A stretch of 64,000 nucleotides of DNA from Malacoraja senta (GCA_038087875.1 CM075989.1:12340001-12404000), one strand, 5' to 3'. Positions 39,975 to 55,000 are shown, numbered from the stretch's first letter. The notes: generated by a model from the letters alone, not told the origin. Made by a program: numbers and translations.

Positions 39975-42900
39975 CTTGATAAGAAAAGTAATAAAAAGGG
40001 TAAAACTAAAGGCTCTGTAACTGAATGCACATAATATGCAAAACAAAGCAGATGAGCTAAGAAAATGAAAAGAAATAAACAAACTGATTGTTATTACTGA
40101 AATAGCTGCAGGAGGATATAAATTCGGACTGAAATATCAGCAAGTACACAAGATCTAAGAAGGATGGGGAGCCAAGAAAGTGGAATGTGGCTCTGTTAAT
40201 TAATGATATTCTTTCAACAATAGAGAGGGGTGTTCTAAGATCAGGAAACCAAGTTGTAGATACGGTTTGTTTTGATACGAGTAATAATGAAGAGAAAAAG
40301 TCCTTTAACAGTGACTACACAGTGGGACAGAGTGCAGAAGAAGAAATATTGAGAACCAATCAGGTAAGTATGGTTATAATTGCAGTGGATATTGATCTAC
40401 GTATAGACCAGAAACCTCAGGTGGGCAGATGTAGACTGGCTAACAAGCACTCAGAATAGTTTGGGATAGTTTCTTAAAACAGTGCATTCTGGAGCCAACT
40501 GAAGAGCAGCTATACGGGGCGTGATATTGTATAATGAAGATTCATTAAAGCTCATGGTTGAAGGCAGAAATCATGACATGTTTGCTTTTTGCATTCAGTC
40601 TGAAGGGGAAATAAATGGGTCCATGATCAACAGTTTAAACTTTAAAAACAGCACAAAAGCAGAGTTACTCAAGATGAACTAGCAAATCAGTTCAAGGAAT
40701 AAGTCACAACATTTAAGAGGATTTATCAGAATGCATAGAATATGAAAAAAATATTCCACGGAAAGGACCACTGTCTGTGGTTGACAAAATAGTTAAAGGT
40801 AGGATCAAACTTAAATAGAAAGAAATAGAAATTAAATAAAAATTAAAAGATTACAAATAAAATGAGAGTATAAGATGAAGCTAGCCAGAAATCTAAAAAT
40901 TATAGTTTCTGTAGATTTTTAAAAGAATAAAAAAGAAAATAGAATGTTGTTCTTGCAGAAACAGGGGATGGAGAATTAATAATAAAAAACAATGAATGGC
41001 AGAAGAACGAATCAGGCATTTTGATCAGTTTTCACGACCTATTTCTGTATGTATTCTCCATTAATCAGAAATTAAAGGGAGGGTAACTCAGAAAATTAAA
41101 ATCTTCAGGACTTAGTAGCAATGAGCTGCAGGCTGACAAGTCTCCAGGTCTTGATCAGCTTCTTCCCGGCTGGTTTTTACAATATACCATAGATTGCGTA
41201 GAAAACTTGGTTAACATTTTGTCATAGGAAAAATGGTAGAAGCTTTAATCAAAGATGTTACATCAGAGTATTTCGAAAAATTATCGAGGTAATAGGCAAA
41301 GCCATCATGGCTTAAGGCAAGGGGAATCATGTTTGACCTATATACTGGAGTTCTGAGAAGAAGTAAAGAAATGTACTGTACCTAGATTTTCAGGTTGTTT
41401 AATAAGGTGCCACATCATAGGTTAATGAGGAACATTAAAGTTCACTGTGCATTTGCCTGGACAGAAAATTGAAAGGCGAATACAAAACAAAATAAGCATT
41501 AATAAACATTTTTCTGGGCGTCAAGGTGATGTGCTAACAGGGTCAGTAGCAGGGCCTCAACATTTATGATTTATATTAACAGCTAAAGATGTATAATGCT
41601 AAATTTGTTAATGACGCAAGGAAAGGTGGGAAAGTAAATTTGAGGAGGAGATGAGGTGGTTACAAGGGGATAATAGGTTAATCCAATTGCAAAAATCTTA
41701 ATTATCATGTGGGAAAATTTGACATTTTTCATTTTGGCAGAAAAAATTAAAAAGCATATTGCCTAAATGGTGAAAGATTGTAGAAACAGATTTTGGTATC
41801 CCAGGTGCATGATATATTGATTAATTTGAAAAGCTAATAGAATGTTTGTTGTCATTTGTTGAACAAGAATTTATTACAAAAGAGGGAAATTGTGCTTGTT
41901 ATGCAGTGCAACACTGAGACAATATTTAGAGTACCATTTTCTCCTTATTTAAGTGTATTAATGTGTTAGCAGTTCAAAGGAAGATTAACAGGCAAGTCTT
42001 CTGAGGAACAGTTGGACTGGCCGAGCTTTAATATCTTGGAATTGAGAAGAGGGAGGGAGAATGGAAACAAACAAGACCCTAAGGGGTTTTGAAAGGGCAG
42101 CTGCAAAAATGCATCATATCATTTATTATATAAAACTCTCTTCGTGCGTTTGTTTGTTTTCTTGTCAGTCACATCTCCTCCAAACCCGATGCGGTAACGG
42201 AGAAATGTTTACATTTTCCGGTAGAGATTTACCTCATGTACTCAAAAATCTCCTCATCTGAAAATGTGGTTAATTATTTCCTGAGTTTTTTTTACTAAAA
42301 ATTGTTTTAAAATATAACTGCTGCATGACGTCACAATGCCTTTACTCCTCTCAACCAGCTGCGCAGACTTTTCAATGCGCAGCCAGTTACGTGGATTGAA
42401 GCCCGTGAATACGTGATCAAGTCGTCCAGCGCGCTCCGCTGGGCTTCTAGAAGTCCAACAACATGGCGGCGGCGGTCGTTATTGCAGAAAGAACGAGCAA
42501 GTTCTGCATATCCAAAGGTCACCGGAGGTCACCGGCTTGCTTTTGAATCCTCTCCCTCTCCCCGTCCGATCGTCTGTCACGCTGGTGAGTGCGCTGCCGG
42601 CCCTCAGCTGTTTTTCACAGTCCGAGCTGCTGCCTCTACCCCCTCCCCCTCCCTCATTACCCCCTTCCCGAGACAGAGAACGAGAGGGGGGGGGGGGCGC
42701 CACAGCCCTGCCAGGGGCCTGCGCCCTGCCACCCATAACTGCCCCCCGCATAGCTCCTTCCCCTCCACCTCTCCCCCTCTTCTCTCCTCCCCTCTCCCTC
42801 CCCCCACCCCCTCCTCTCTCCCCCCTCCTCCCCCTCCTCTCTCTTTCCTCCTCCCTCCCTCTCCCTCCTCTCCCTCCCCATCCCACCCTCTGCCCCCCCT

Positions 42901-43590
42901 CCCCACTACCCTCCTCCACCCCCGCTCGCCCTCCTCATCCCCTCTCCTCCTCCACCCCCCCTCCCTTCCTCCAACCCCCCCTCTCCCCTCCCATCCACCC
43001 CTCTCCCCCATTCCCCCTCCTCTCTACCCCCTCCTCTCTCTCCCTTTCCCCCCCTCTCCCTCCCTTTCCCCTCCTCTCTCTCTCCACCTCCCCCCTCTCT
43101 CCCTCTCCATTTCCTCCTCTCTCCCCTCCCCACTCTCTCCCCCCTCCCCCCCTCCTCTCTCTCCCTCACCCCCCCTCTCCCCTCCCCTCCACCTCCCTCC
43201 CTCTACCCCCGTCTACCGCCCTCCCCCCCTGTGTGTTTGGGGGGTGGTTTGTGTGTGTGTGTGACCGCCGCAGGCCCCCCCCAGCAACCGTGCGTTGAGG
43301 GGACGGGACCCAACGGGTCCCCCTTGGTCTAGTATCCCCTTAAAGATGAATTTAGAACCAGCAGTTACGATTTAATAATGAGGGGTTATTTTTCTGAAGG
43401 CCATGAGTTTTTGGAACTCTCTTCCTCAGAGAGTGGTAAAAGCAAAGTCTTAGAAATTTTTTAAGATGGCAGTAAACAAATTCTTGATAAGCATGGGCGA
43501 AAGATTATAAAACATGCATGGGAACGCATAGTTGAGACTACAATTTAAAAAACTGTGATCTTACTATATGCCTCAGTAGGTTTCAGGAAC
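39975..43590 (+). mobile_element. Long decayed CR1 (endonuclease to 3' end) split by the Helitron
   Basis: Remnants of KSPG.D, HGL.KG.SCLT, YLDF and GP motifs with many indels. Confidence 0.7.
42119..43332 (+). mobile_element. Non-autonomous Helitron
   Basis: A|TC 5' end and CTAG|T 3' end; subterminal hairpin gggaccc-aac-gggtccc at 43305-43321; no TSD; internal CT-rich tract; splits a CR1 remnant. Confidence 0.88.
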
Positions 43591-44765
43591 TTCTCCTGAT
43601 CCTAATTGGTACATAAGCATTCCATTTACAGTAATTATCCACTCCTGCCTGCATACTTAACAGACATAATAAACCTGGCATAGTGATTGAACCCATTCCC
43701 TTATTTACTTCCAGCTCTGTAACACTGTATCCCATCTTCAATATACCAATGCAAAATACTCATCCTTACTCTCTCGCCTCTAAAACAGTTATCTAACACG
43801 TAAACTCACATTCTCTACTCTCCATAATTTCTTTTTCTCAAAAAATGTTATAACCCATAACTACATCAAGTTACTCTGTTCCTTGTCCATCTACATTAAC
43901 AACTGCTCTCTCCATCTCTCACTTCAGAAATGTCACATTTATTTCCATATTTCAACACCATATAGAAAGAAGCCATTTGGCTCATATCAGCTCACAGAAC
44001 AATCTGATTCTTCCCAATATTTTTTCCTGTAATATGTTCCCATAAACTACCCCCCAGATTCCATTACACTCTTACACCCGTGCAATTTACAGTGGCCAAA
44101 TAACCTTTCAACTTCCATATCTTGGGATGTGGGAGAAACCAAACCACCTCGAGAAAAACCATGTGTCACAGGGAAAACATTCAAGTTCCACGCAGGCAGC
44201 ACCAGGAATCAGAATCAAACCCAGTCCTTCAGAGTTTTGAGGCAGCAGTTCCACTGGCTGTGTCATTCTACTGCGCATGGCATGACACCCAACCTTCTGT
44301 TCAAATAACCAACTATTTCCTTGCTCCTCATCTCTGTAACATCCTCTGTAATTTACCACTTGTAAACTAAAATTCTTTATTCAATTTAGGTCCTTTCTCT
44401 TCTCCCTCCTCCCCTGTCTTTGTTGCCCGATCTCACAATATTTTTTTCTGTAAATGCTTCCTTTGCTTCAACCTTTTAACATATTTTTGTAGGTCAAAGA
44501 TTTTTGCCGGCCGTCTTAATCTCTCCAACTGCCAACTTGTTTTTCTTTATTAAATTGGCTATGAGTTGTACATAAATGTGAATACTGGAATACAAATTAA
44601 TTAAATACTTAAACTAAAAATAGTGTGTGCATTGCTTTGCTGTTATAGATGCAAAGTAGAGGTCAGTTAGTCTGGAGCTATTTATTTTCCAAGCACTGAC
44701 TATCCTACATTTGATGTCATTTTTAGAACCATCATACAATCTAAAGAAAAAGAACCAGCACTAAC

Positions 44766-44919
44766 CTGCGTCCCTTCTGGTGTTGGACAGCCTGACAGGC
44801 TGTCTGCATGAAGACAATCCCTCTTAACTCCGGAAACTCAAGTATCTCCAGATAATCTTGCACCACTTTCCAGTCAGGTATCACATAATGTGTTGCACTT
44901 TGTGAGAGCAATTTCCCTT
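44766..44919 (-). CDS. DIS3L: DIS3L exon 2 (PIN domain)
   Basis: [54 protein letters not shown] boundaries; 154 nt. Confidence 0.97.
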
Positions 44920-45704
44920 CTGAAACATTAAGTTAATATAGAACTAAGTGTAAGCAAATTAAAAAATGAAAATTACACTAACCAACGGGATGTTAGCTGC
45001 AGAGAAAAAATAACTGATTTTCAAATGGGGCATTAACTTAATTTGCCAGATAGATCAGTTAAACAGCTTATTTGTAGATAAGCTGCAAATTTCCTTATTA
45101 GAAATGTTTTAATCAGTCAATTTTTATATGTATTTTAATTTAATATTGCGTCAGCCATGGCAGTGGTAACCTCTAAGTCATGACATAAGCCATTGAGATT
45201 ATGATCATTTATGATCACATTCCACAATAGGATTGTGGGAGTGCTGAGGGGTGCTACCTTTCGAAGATGTTTTACGTGGTCCCAATCGATCTCTTGGACA
45301 GAAAAGATTCCGCAATGGCACTTAAAGAGTAAGCACCAGCAGCTAACATTTATTCCTCAAACACCATCACCAAAACAACCTAACTGATCCTCAATGCATT
45401 TTGCGTCGTGGGATCATGATTGTTTTGCATTTGTAATATTAAAACGGTAATTGCATGAAAGCACTTTTGTACTTATAAAACTGTTTGGGGTCGCCTAAAA
45501 GACACAAGAACGGTTTTTGAGTTCAGGCGAAGTAATCATCATTTTCTCAGTAGACGCTGCCACACTGCTGAATATTTCCAGCATTTTCAGTTTTTATTTC
45601 AATTTCCAGCATAAGCAGCTTTTTGTTTTTTACGTAGTCTTTGAGTTCAACACTTGCCGCGAGCATTTACGTTTCGGCTGAATCCCCCCGTCCCAATGCT
45701 TTAC

Positions 45705-45834
45705 CGTTGTGGCACTGAGCCTCGCACAAACAGCTGTTGCATGGCACCGACTCCCGCAGGTAATGCTCCCTCACAACACGCACAGACCTCCCCTTACAGC
45801 TCCTCAGGTGCAGCACCTTCTCCGTTTTTATCAT
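45705..45834 (-). CDS. DIS3L: DIS3-like exonuclease 1, exon 1
   Basis: [43 protein letters not shown] with REHYLR and CR3 cysteines; donor g|gtaaag; 130 nt. Confidence 0.95.
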
Positions 45835-45889
45835 TGTGCCGCTGAAAAATATATCCAGAGGTTGGTGCCCTATTCAAACTCGACTACCC

Positions 45890-46030
45890 GCCAAGGGCTG
45901 AGGGAACCACGCTTTCCGGACGTAAATAACTCGGACAACCTCCTCCCTCCTTCTTGGCGCCCATTTTCTGCCCACCTCACCCGGAAATATTTGCCTGCAT
46001 TACCCGGAAATACAATTTCGCACTGCGGGG
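45890..46030 (-). promoter_or_regulatory. DIS3L proximal promoter
   Basis: CpG-rich stretch just upstream of the ATG with two CCGGAAAT ETS/GABP-like sites (~45980, ~46004) and a YY1-like motif (aaaatgggcgcc on the minus strand). Confidence 0.55.
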
Positions 46031-49000
46031 CAAGCGATGCAGTCTGAAAGGAACAACAACAACAAAACAATGGGGTGGAGAGACATGGAGAGGCGAGGTT
46101 TCGGATCAACACCTTTCATCTGCACTGAAGGCGGGGAGATAGCCAGTACAAGAAGGAGGGGGGAGGCAAAGGGCTGTCAAGTGACAGATGGACCCAGGTG
46201 AGGAGGGGTTGATAGGCAAATCGGTCAGGTTAGGAGATGGAGGCGTTGAGATAATAATCAAGGCTGAAGGAGATAGGTGGAGGCCACAAAGGACTGTTGA
46301 TGATGGAATCCGATAAGAAAGTAAGACATCACAGAGACCAACTGGGGAAAGAACGGGGGACAGATGGAAACGGTATGGTTGGGAGATGGGCAGTGGACAG
46401 ATGGGCTAAAGAGCATCGAAGCAGGCCCTTTGGTCCAACTCGTTGTGCTGACCAAAAGTTAGTCCCAAAATCTGTTTGAAACGTTTACTATCCATCTACG
46501 TGTCCAAGCGTCTTTTGAATGTTGTGATTGTATCTGCCTCCATCTCTTCTTCTTGACAACTTGTTTTATACACGCAGCACCCCTTGCTGCGCCGAAAGTC
46601 CCCTTTCCCATTTAATCTTCAACCTTAAAAGACATAAAGTGCTGGAGCGACTCAGCGGTCAGGCAGCATCCCTGTCGAACAATGGATGTGATGTATCGGG
46701 TTAGAACCCTTTTTCTGACTCACTGGGGGTGGGGGAGAAAGCTGGCAGAGAGGAATGACTGGACAAAGTATGGCAGGTGAAGGGGAGGGTGGTATTTGAT
46801 ATGCATATTGGGTTGTAAGATACACAGGCGCAACATAAATAGCAGACAACAGAGGCCTCAGCACCAATCCATGTGGCACACCACTTGTTACAAATCTCCA
46901 GTCTATGAAGCAATTCTACCAAACCCTCTGTCTCCTACCTTCTTCAGTAAATCAAAAACAGAGAGAAATGGATAAGGGGCAGGGGATTACCTGAAATTGG
47001 AAATGTTAATGTTCACGCTGTTGGGTTGTACCCAGGCACAATATAAGGGCTGTTCCTCAAGTTTGCATTTTGCCCCACTATGCAATCATTTTCACAAGTG
47101 TTGGCACAACTCAATAATTTGAGGTTTGTCTCACATCCAGTCATTACAAAAAAATATAAACTGGCAGTTTCTTGTGATAGAATTCAATGTTAATTCAATA
47201 ACAATAATCATAAATTGGAAATTATATGAACAAAAGTACAGAAAAAAATATTTTCCTAATTCATGTCTTGAGATAATGAGAGTGAGAATATCTCATTATC
47301 GCATGTGGAAGAAGGATTTTTACTCGCAGACTGGCCTAATATTGTTGTTACTGATGCAGATCATTATTCATCATAGATGAATTATTTGATTGCAGTTGAG
47401 TTTGCAACCAGGTATCTGTTCTATTACCAGGCTACCTATTAATCTCCTTTTTGGTGCCTGCCTTTTCCTTGCCTAACTAATACTGTCCAGTTCACCCACT
47501 TCCCACCCCTCTGTACTTCTCCTATGTCCCTGACCTACAAAACTTTCAGTTTTCAAATTCTACCTCTTCAAATTGTTTGTCGAATCCCTTCCTGTCTGCC
47601 CCCCAAATGACTGTGGAGACTGCAGATGCTGAAATTTGGAGCAAAAGAACAAGTTGCAGGTCGAACAAGTTACTGGTAGTGGCGACAAATCCAACCGAAA
47701 AGACAGAGAGGTGGGCAGAAGGGGTGGGGTAGCTCTGCTGGTAAGATGAAATTCAGTCTTTAGCGAGGGGTGACATAGGATCAGAAGATGTTCAAGATTC
47801 AAGATTCAAGAGAGTTTATTGTCATGTGTCCCTGATAGGACAATGAAATTCTTGCTTTGCTTCAGCACAACAGAACATAGTAGGCATTGACTACAAAACA
47901 GATCAGTGTCCATATACCATTATATAAATATATACACACATGAATAAATAAACTGATAAAGTTCAAATAACAGATAATGGGCTATTAATGCTCAGAGTTT
48001 TGTCCGAGCCAAGTTTAATAGCCTGATGGCTGTGGGGAAGTAGCTATTCCTGAACCTGGTCATTGCAGTCTTCAGGCTCCTGTACCTTCTACCTGAAGGT
48101 AGCAGGAGATGAGTGTGTGGCCAGGATGGTGTGGGTCCTTGATGATACTGCCAGCCTTTTTGAGGCAGCGACTGTGATAGATCCCCTCGATGGAAGGGAG
48201 GTCAGAGCCGATGATGGACTGGGCAGTGTTTACTACTTTTGTAGTCTTTCCTCTCCAGGGCGCTCAAGTTGCTGAACCAAGTTGACGAATAAAGATGTAG
48301 AATCCTTGTGGGTAGAGCTAAGAAATCGCAAGGGTAAAAAGACCCTGATGGGAACTATATGCAGGCCTGAAATGTAGCCTGGATGTAGAGAACAAATTAC
48401 ATCAGGAGATACAGTTGGCATGTAAGAATGGCAATATTACAGTGGTCATGGGGGATTTCAATTTGCAGGGAGACTGGGAAAAACAGATTGTGCTGGGTTC
48501 CAAGCAAGGAATTTGTAGAGTACATATCGAGCCTACTTGGGAAAAGGCAATTCTGGATTTAGTATTGTGTAACAAACTGGATTTGATTATGGAGCTTAAG
48601 GTAAAGAAGGTAGTGACCATAATATGATAGAGATTATGAAGGAATTGGTGGTGATCTTTTAATAATCACTATTGTCAGGAGTGATTCCAGTGAACTGGAA
48701 AATTGCAAATGTTACTCTGCTGTTCAAGAAGGGAGTGATGCAAAAGAGGCCGGTTAGCGTGCCTTCAGTAAGATTTTGGTAAAATGAGGAGGAATTTCTT
48801 TAGTCAAAGGGAGATGAATCTGTGGAAATCATTGCCACAGGCCGCTATGGAGGCCATTGGGTATTTTTAAGGTGGAGATTGACAGATTCTTGATTGGTAA
48901 TGGTATCAAGGGTTATGGGGAGAAGACAGGAGAATTGGATGGAGAGTGAAAGATAGATCAGCCATGATTGTATGGCAGAGTGGACACCATTCTCCCTGAT

Positions 49001-52000
49001 GGATAGATGGGTGGAGAGATTGACCAAGGCTGGAGATCTGTAATATGATAAGGAAGTGAAGTTATTTCTGAAGGATCAAAAAGGGAGGAGAGGGGGGAAT
49101 AGGGAGGGGAAGTTGAGCAGATGGAGGAGGGGGAGAAGGGAAAGGATCTATAGCGAGGCCAGGGGGAATTGAGAGTAAGGTGTGGGGGGGGGGGGGGGGG
49201 GGTTGGCGGATGACTGAAAAGAAGAGAGGTGGGGGGGGGGGGGGTTACGTTGGGACAGAAGGTTTTTCCAGAAGTCTCCATTCAGCTATAGATAAATAAC
49301 ATTGTCGGTTCCATTAGTATATTTCCATAGCTCCGTACAGCCGCATAATACCTCTCTGTTGCATCACGGCCCGCAACAACTCCGGTGCTGTCCGTGTTGG
49401 AGTTAGCGCATATGGTTCCTCCCACACATCCCCAAAATGTGAGGTAGATTAATTGTCCATCGTGGATTGGTAACAGATTGTTTTGGGAGGGGGAAGCGTG
49501 GAATTTTATGAGAATGCGGAGAGAATAGGTCGCAGTGAAAAAGCAGTGCGATAAATGGCGTTGCTCTGTGAACCGGCATAGACCCGATGGGCAGAGTAGT
49601 CTCCGCTATAATTCCTTTGGGTCTTCAACTATCTATTCCCTCCTGAAAACCACAATTGAATCTGCAATCTTCAAACATTGAGGCAGTTCGTTTCAAATGA
49701 TATGCCCACAATAAAGTTTTATTCACGTCAACCGTTTTTCTTTGCTGATTATTTTTGATTCCGAGCTCCCTGGTCATTGTTTATTTAGTATTCTATCCAC
49801 GTTCCCTTCGCCTTTGCCAACGTTACCTTTTCAGTCTATGCTTGGCCTCGCCTTTTAGTTTACTACCTGGTTACCATTTATATCGCCGAGAGATCTCTTG
49901 GTTTTCTTTTCTTTACTCGCTGGTCATACTCTTTGTGCCCGTACACTCCCATTGTTACTTTCTCTGGGCAAAACTGCACTCAGTTCGTCTGGATGTTAGA
50001 TTGCTGTTGGACACTCAAGATAACAATGGACAATGAAGGAGTTTTAAATGCACACTGAGATGAAAGAACTCTATTAGGTCAATACAAAAGTGACATTACA
50101 AATACTACCTTAAGATAAACATGGCTACTAATATTAAAAGGTGATATTGTAAAATGTGTTAGAAACCGAAATATCACATTGGCATATGCGATTTGTTTAT
50201 GTGGTCACTAGGCGGTATTTCGTGTATTAAAGTAAATTGTATTCACTATCCGGGGAAATTTTGGAGGTTTGTTACAAATGTTAAAGTTAAAGTTCTAATT
50301 CCTTGCATTCTGAAAACGCCAAATGTAATCAACTTGCAAATGCACAAATTGAAATGTGTCAATTTATTCCATCTAAAGAACAACCATCCTTCCTAAAACG
50401 TGTCTATTCCCCACCAGTTTTCTCCACGACATCTTCCCGTTAGAAATATCAGTCGGGTAAAGGAGAGCGAACCAAACTTCCCTTTCTCTACATTCCAGAA
50501 TTTGGGATTGAGGGGAATCGCAAGCGGAAGACAATTCGTCAGCTTCAGCTCACTGTCAATAAAATATTCTGGGGTCGCTCGACTGCTAGTGTGCAAAGAT
50601 TTCTAAAACAATTTGCATTTTTGTTATTTGGCAGATCTTTGTGTTTATATTAAAATGCGGCGCATCGATCATTTTCGCGTGGGGAGAGGAGAAAGGGTTA
50701 ATGTTTCGATTGACCCAGAAGATGGATCATGGCTCCAGTTTTAACCTTTCTTTGTGGAGGAATGATCGACGATTCTCAGTACGTTTTATTTGAGCTGATT
50801 TTTTTTCGACGGGTGGGGGCGCTGGCTCCTCAGAATCGCACAGAGCCCTTGTTGAAACTAAAGCAAATACATTAAGATGTAACTTTATTTTCGTCTGGAA
50901 AGTAATCGTTCCACAAAAACCTGAACACAACCAATCTCCAAGAGTTGTGGCTCAATGTTCAGCAGAGTGAAAGGGAATTTGGGGGACGTAGAGTTCCGCA
51001 GAGACAGAATTTTGGGAGTTTGCTAGTCTGTCCGAGAATTTACTAAACACTGAATGAAAGCCACGCCGTCTCCGTGGTATGTTGCTCATCATATCTTGTC
51101 CAAAGCTTCAGTACGCAGTGCACTTTTCGGAAACCTATAAAAAGTATATACAAATTTCCATTCATCCAACCAGAGACAGGCTAGATGGGCAAGTACCAAG
51201 CACCAATAGGAATTCTCTGTGACCAGTTCAATGAAAAATAATTCCCTGAGGCGTTTGCAGTACAGTGTAAGGGACTACATGCTGAATGTATAAGTGCATC
51301 AATGCAATGGCCACGTTATAGCGTCCAGGGACTGACATACATCCTGGACAAGCTACCGTGTTCATATCAGGATCGTCTTCTGATTCCATCCAGTTTAGAA
51401 CAGTGATGAGGACGTGAAGTGGAACGTAAGTACAGTACTTCTAACCATGTGTGCTTTCTATCCCATCCCCTATGTCTGGGAACTTCGGATCATATGCGTA
51501 ATTTAAAATCGGAGAACTTTAAAGTAAAGACAAATGATCTATGTAGTTTGAAATACACATTTTCTTTTTGTACCATTGGATGAGTCCGGTTTTGTCTTGT
51601 GTTTGTTGTTGAACATTCTTGATATCAATAATGCTACCGAAGTGGTTGCAAATATTAAGTTAAATGTATTAGATTTGCAATTTTGAATCCGAGAACCATT
51701 TACTTATGGTAATTATTTTTGGATTAAGTCATCAAGACTTCGCAAGAACAGCTTGAGCTACTGAACCTTACCTCAGCGAAATTAGCTTATTTGGTGAAGT
51801 GATAATTGTCGATGAAAAAATGCCATACGAAGGCAATTGAGACTTTTGGCTCGTTTCACTGACTTCAACCACGAGATGCAAATAAATAACATTACATTAC
51901 TAACTTAGTCAGTTTGTTTTCCTGCAACTGCACTTCGCGCAGTATCGCGTCGGGACGTCCTGAATCGTAAGGCGTGCTAGCGAAATACAATATTTTTCTT

Positions 52001-55000
52001 TGCAGTCACTCAACTCTGATTGAGTATTTGCTTATGTTCGTATATGGAGTGAAAGGGACGATGTTATAAGTTGTTTGAAGTCCACAGAAGGGTTGCGTTA
52101 GAATATTGAAAGTATAATCCGAAATTTCCAGCTGTATCATCATGATGGTTTTGCGGTGGAATGTTTTATTGTGCATTCTGCATAACTGCTCTAAAAGCAG
52201 TCAGTGTAAATATTATACGTTCTACTCCGTCGAAAGAGGTCCTGAACGCAGGTCGATATAACTATAACATGTTAAAAATGCAGGTATCTGACAGTTCATT
52301 TTTTCTCCTACAGTGGTGCACTCATTCTTTAAAACAAGCTCCCCACAAGCCTTTCTTAGTTTTCAGTAATTCATTATTTCCCTACCAGTCACACGAAGAC
52401 CGAAGTTAAAGGCGGGATGATGGTGGCATTGAGGGATGTGTTGCCTATCAGACAGAAGGTTTATATATAGGATGTCACAACGCAGATCAAACAGAATTGG
52501 GATGGATGTTGCGATGTGTTGCAGTTGATGCCTTGTTTAAGCTAAGCACCGGTGCTCAGATAGAGAGACACGGGAAAGGACGCTAAATGCTGGAAACCTG
52601 ATAATATTGGAAACGTAATTGAAAGAAAATTGTTCATGTAATCCATTTCGAAGTGTGTAGAGCATTGGGAGCAATTGCATTCAATATTGAGTTTTTTTTA
52701 GCACTGTAGCTTTTACATTCAATATTTAACACGTAATGCAGCAAAATGTGAAGGCATTAACAGCACCACTTATGAACATCTTTGTCGCAGATAATAGTTC
52801 TGGAAAGGTGAAAATTGAATTCTGAACGAACGAGGAACGTCAGTTTAGAATCTTTGACGAAAACTTCACTCAAATGAATGGTACGCCGAGGGAACAAATA
52901 CTCTTTCACAGTAATCCAGGCGCCTTGTCGGTGTCTCTGCGCACCCTCTTTCGCGGAGTTACCATTTTACATTCTCGAGAAATAGCTATTCTGTCAGATA
53001 TTTAAGAAGACTACAGTTGCAGAAGAGAAACTAAACGGATCATTTAATATAATTTGTCATTAAGAAGAAGCATGCTGCATTCACAGCAGCGTCTGCGCCT
53101 CGCCTGGTCTAATGTAACCTGACCAGAATTGACGTTGAGACAAAGCCGGGACTGAAGATTGCTGCCTCTCGTGGTCCGGTGACCGACAGCAGCCGGAGGA
53201 ATACCTCGGACCGCAGCACCATGATACCCGGAACCGCATTGCTAGCTTGGCACTATTCCTGTTTTAGCAAAAAAGCGAAATCATGAAAATATACAGTTTA
53301 ACACGTAATTAAAATATAAATGTGTATGTTTAAGTAAGACCGTCTTAGCAAGGAGAGGGGAAGGTGTGCTCACTCTGAGCATTTTGGAACCAAGGTGCAC
53401 GACGCATTGTTCAAACCCACTTTAATTCATTTCATTAATTAAATTACACTTGAAAGCTGCACAATGACAAAGCCATTCCTTCCCCAGAATAGTTAGAATC
53501 AGATTGAGCGGATAATAAAAGGCTCCAATTACAGTTTAAGTAAAATACTGACTTCATTATCTGTGGTTCCTTTTTATATATAAATGCGTACTTTAATACT
53601 TAAACGATTTTACATGTTCAAAGGGAAAGTTAATAAAACAGCCTGACAATGAACCAACCATATCATTTTTATCAGTACATTGAGAGACGTAGAATTGTCC
53701 CAATGTTGTACTTTAAAAAACCCCAAAAAAACAAATCCACTGAAAGTATAAGAGAACCAACATCAATGTGTGCTTGAATTATTCTTGAACCCATTCCTTC
53801 TCTCCGGAGATGCTGCCTGTCCCACTGAGCTACTCCAGCTTTTTGTGTCTCTCTTCGGTTTAAACCAGCATCTGCAGTTCCTTCCTACACACTCAATGTC
53901 TGCTCACCGGCTAACAAACCCAGTTACGTGGTCCCAATTGCAATCAGTTGGCTCAACTGGGCAGCCCATTTCGTTCCCATGTCCAGCATCATACTTACCA
54001 CGCAGACATTCTATCACTGGAAGTAATTATCAATTGGACAGAGAAAAGATTTTAACAATGTTCCAATTGACTCCTGTGAATTTCTTGATCGTGGACATTC
54101 AAAGTGAAGAAGTTTCTATTGGACACGTCCCGTGGAAGAGTCTGCAGTTCCTTCACTAGTGGTGGTTGGTGATGGAGAGTTCTCAGCATCTAATTCCTGA
54201 GCATTAACATCTCAGATGACCTGTCCTGGGCCAACACATAGATACAGACATAAAGAAAGCGTGCCAGCACCTTTACTTTCATAAAGGTTTACAGTGATCT
54301 TGATGTCTCCGAATACTCTAACAAGCTTTTACAAATGTACAGTAGAAAGTATCCTATAACCGGGTATGACAATTCAAATGCACAGAAATGCAAGAGGCTG
54401 CAGAGGGTGACAAGCTCACCCTGATCCATCACAGGCACAGACTTGCCCTCCGCTGCTTAAGAAAGCGGCATCTATCATCAATGATTCCCACCATCTGGGC
54501 CATGCCCTCTTCTCACTGCTCTCATAAGACTCAAATCCCACACCACCAGACACAGCTACTTTCCTACATCGATTAGGTTCTTGATCCAACCTACACAACC
54601 CTAACCATACTTCGATGATGAAGCACCACGGCCCACTTGTGTCACTTCCATAGATTTTTTTTCTCAACAAAGAAAAAAAGAGTTGAAATATATTAATAGT
54701 TATTGGCTTTCTTCTTACAATTTTTGATTGATTCAAAGATGCAGCATAGAAACAGGCCCTTCGGTCCACCAAGTCCACACAGATCATCTATCTATTACAT
54801 TAGTTCTATGTTATCCCACTTTCGCATCCACTCCCTGCACACTAGGCGCAATTCAGAGGCCAATAAAATCGACAACCCCGCACGTTTTGGGGGATGTGGA
54901 AGGAAACCGGTACAAACCCACGCGGTGCCTGGGAGAACCTGCAGACTTACACACACACATAGCACCGGAGGTCAGGATCGGACGCGGACCCCTGGCGCTG

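Noticed and set aside
42413..43298. 283- and 253-aa Pro-rich ORFs
   Set aside because: They arise from the low-complexity CT tract inside the Helitron.
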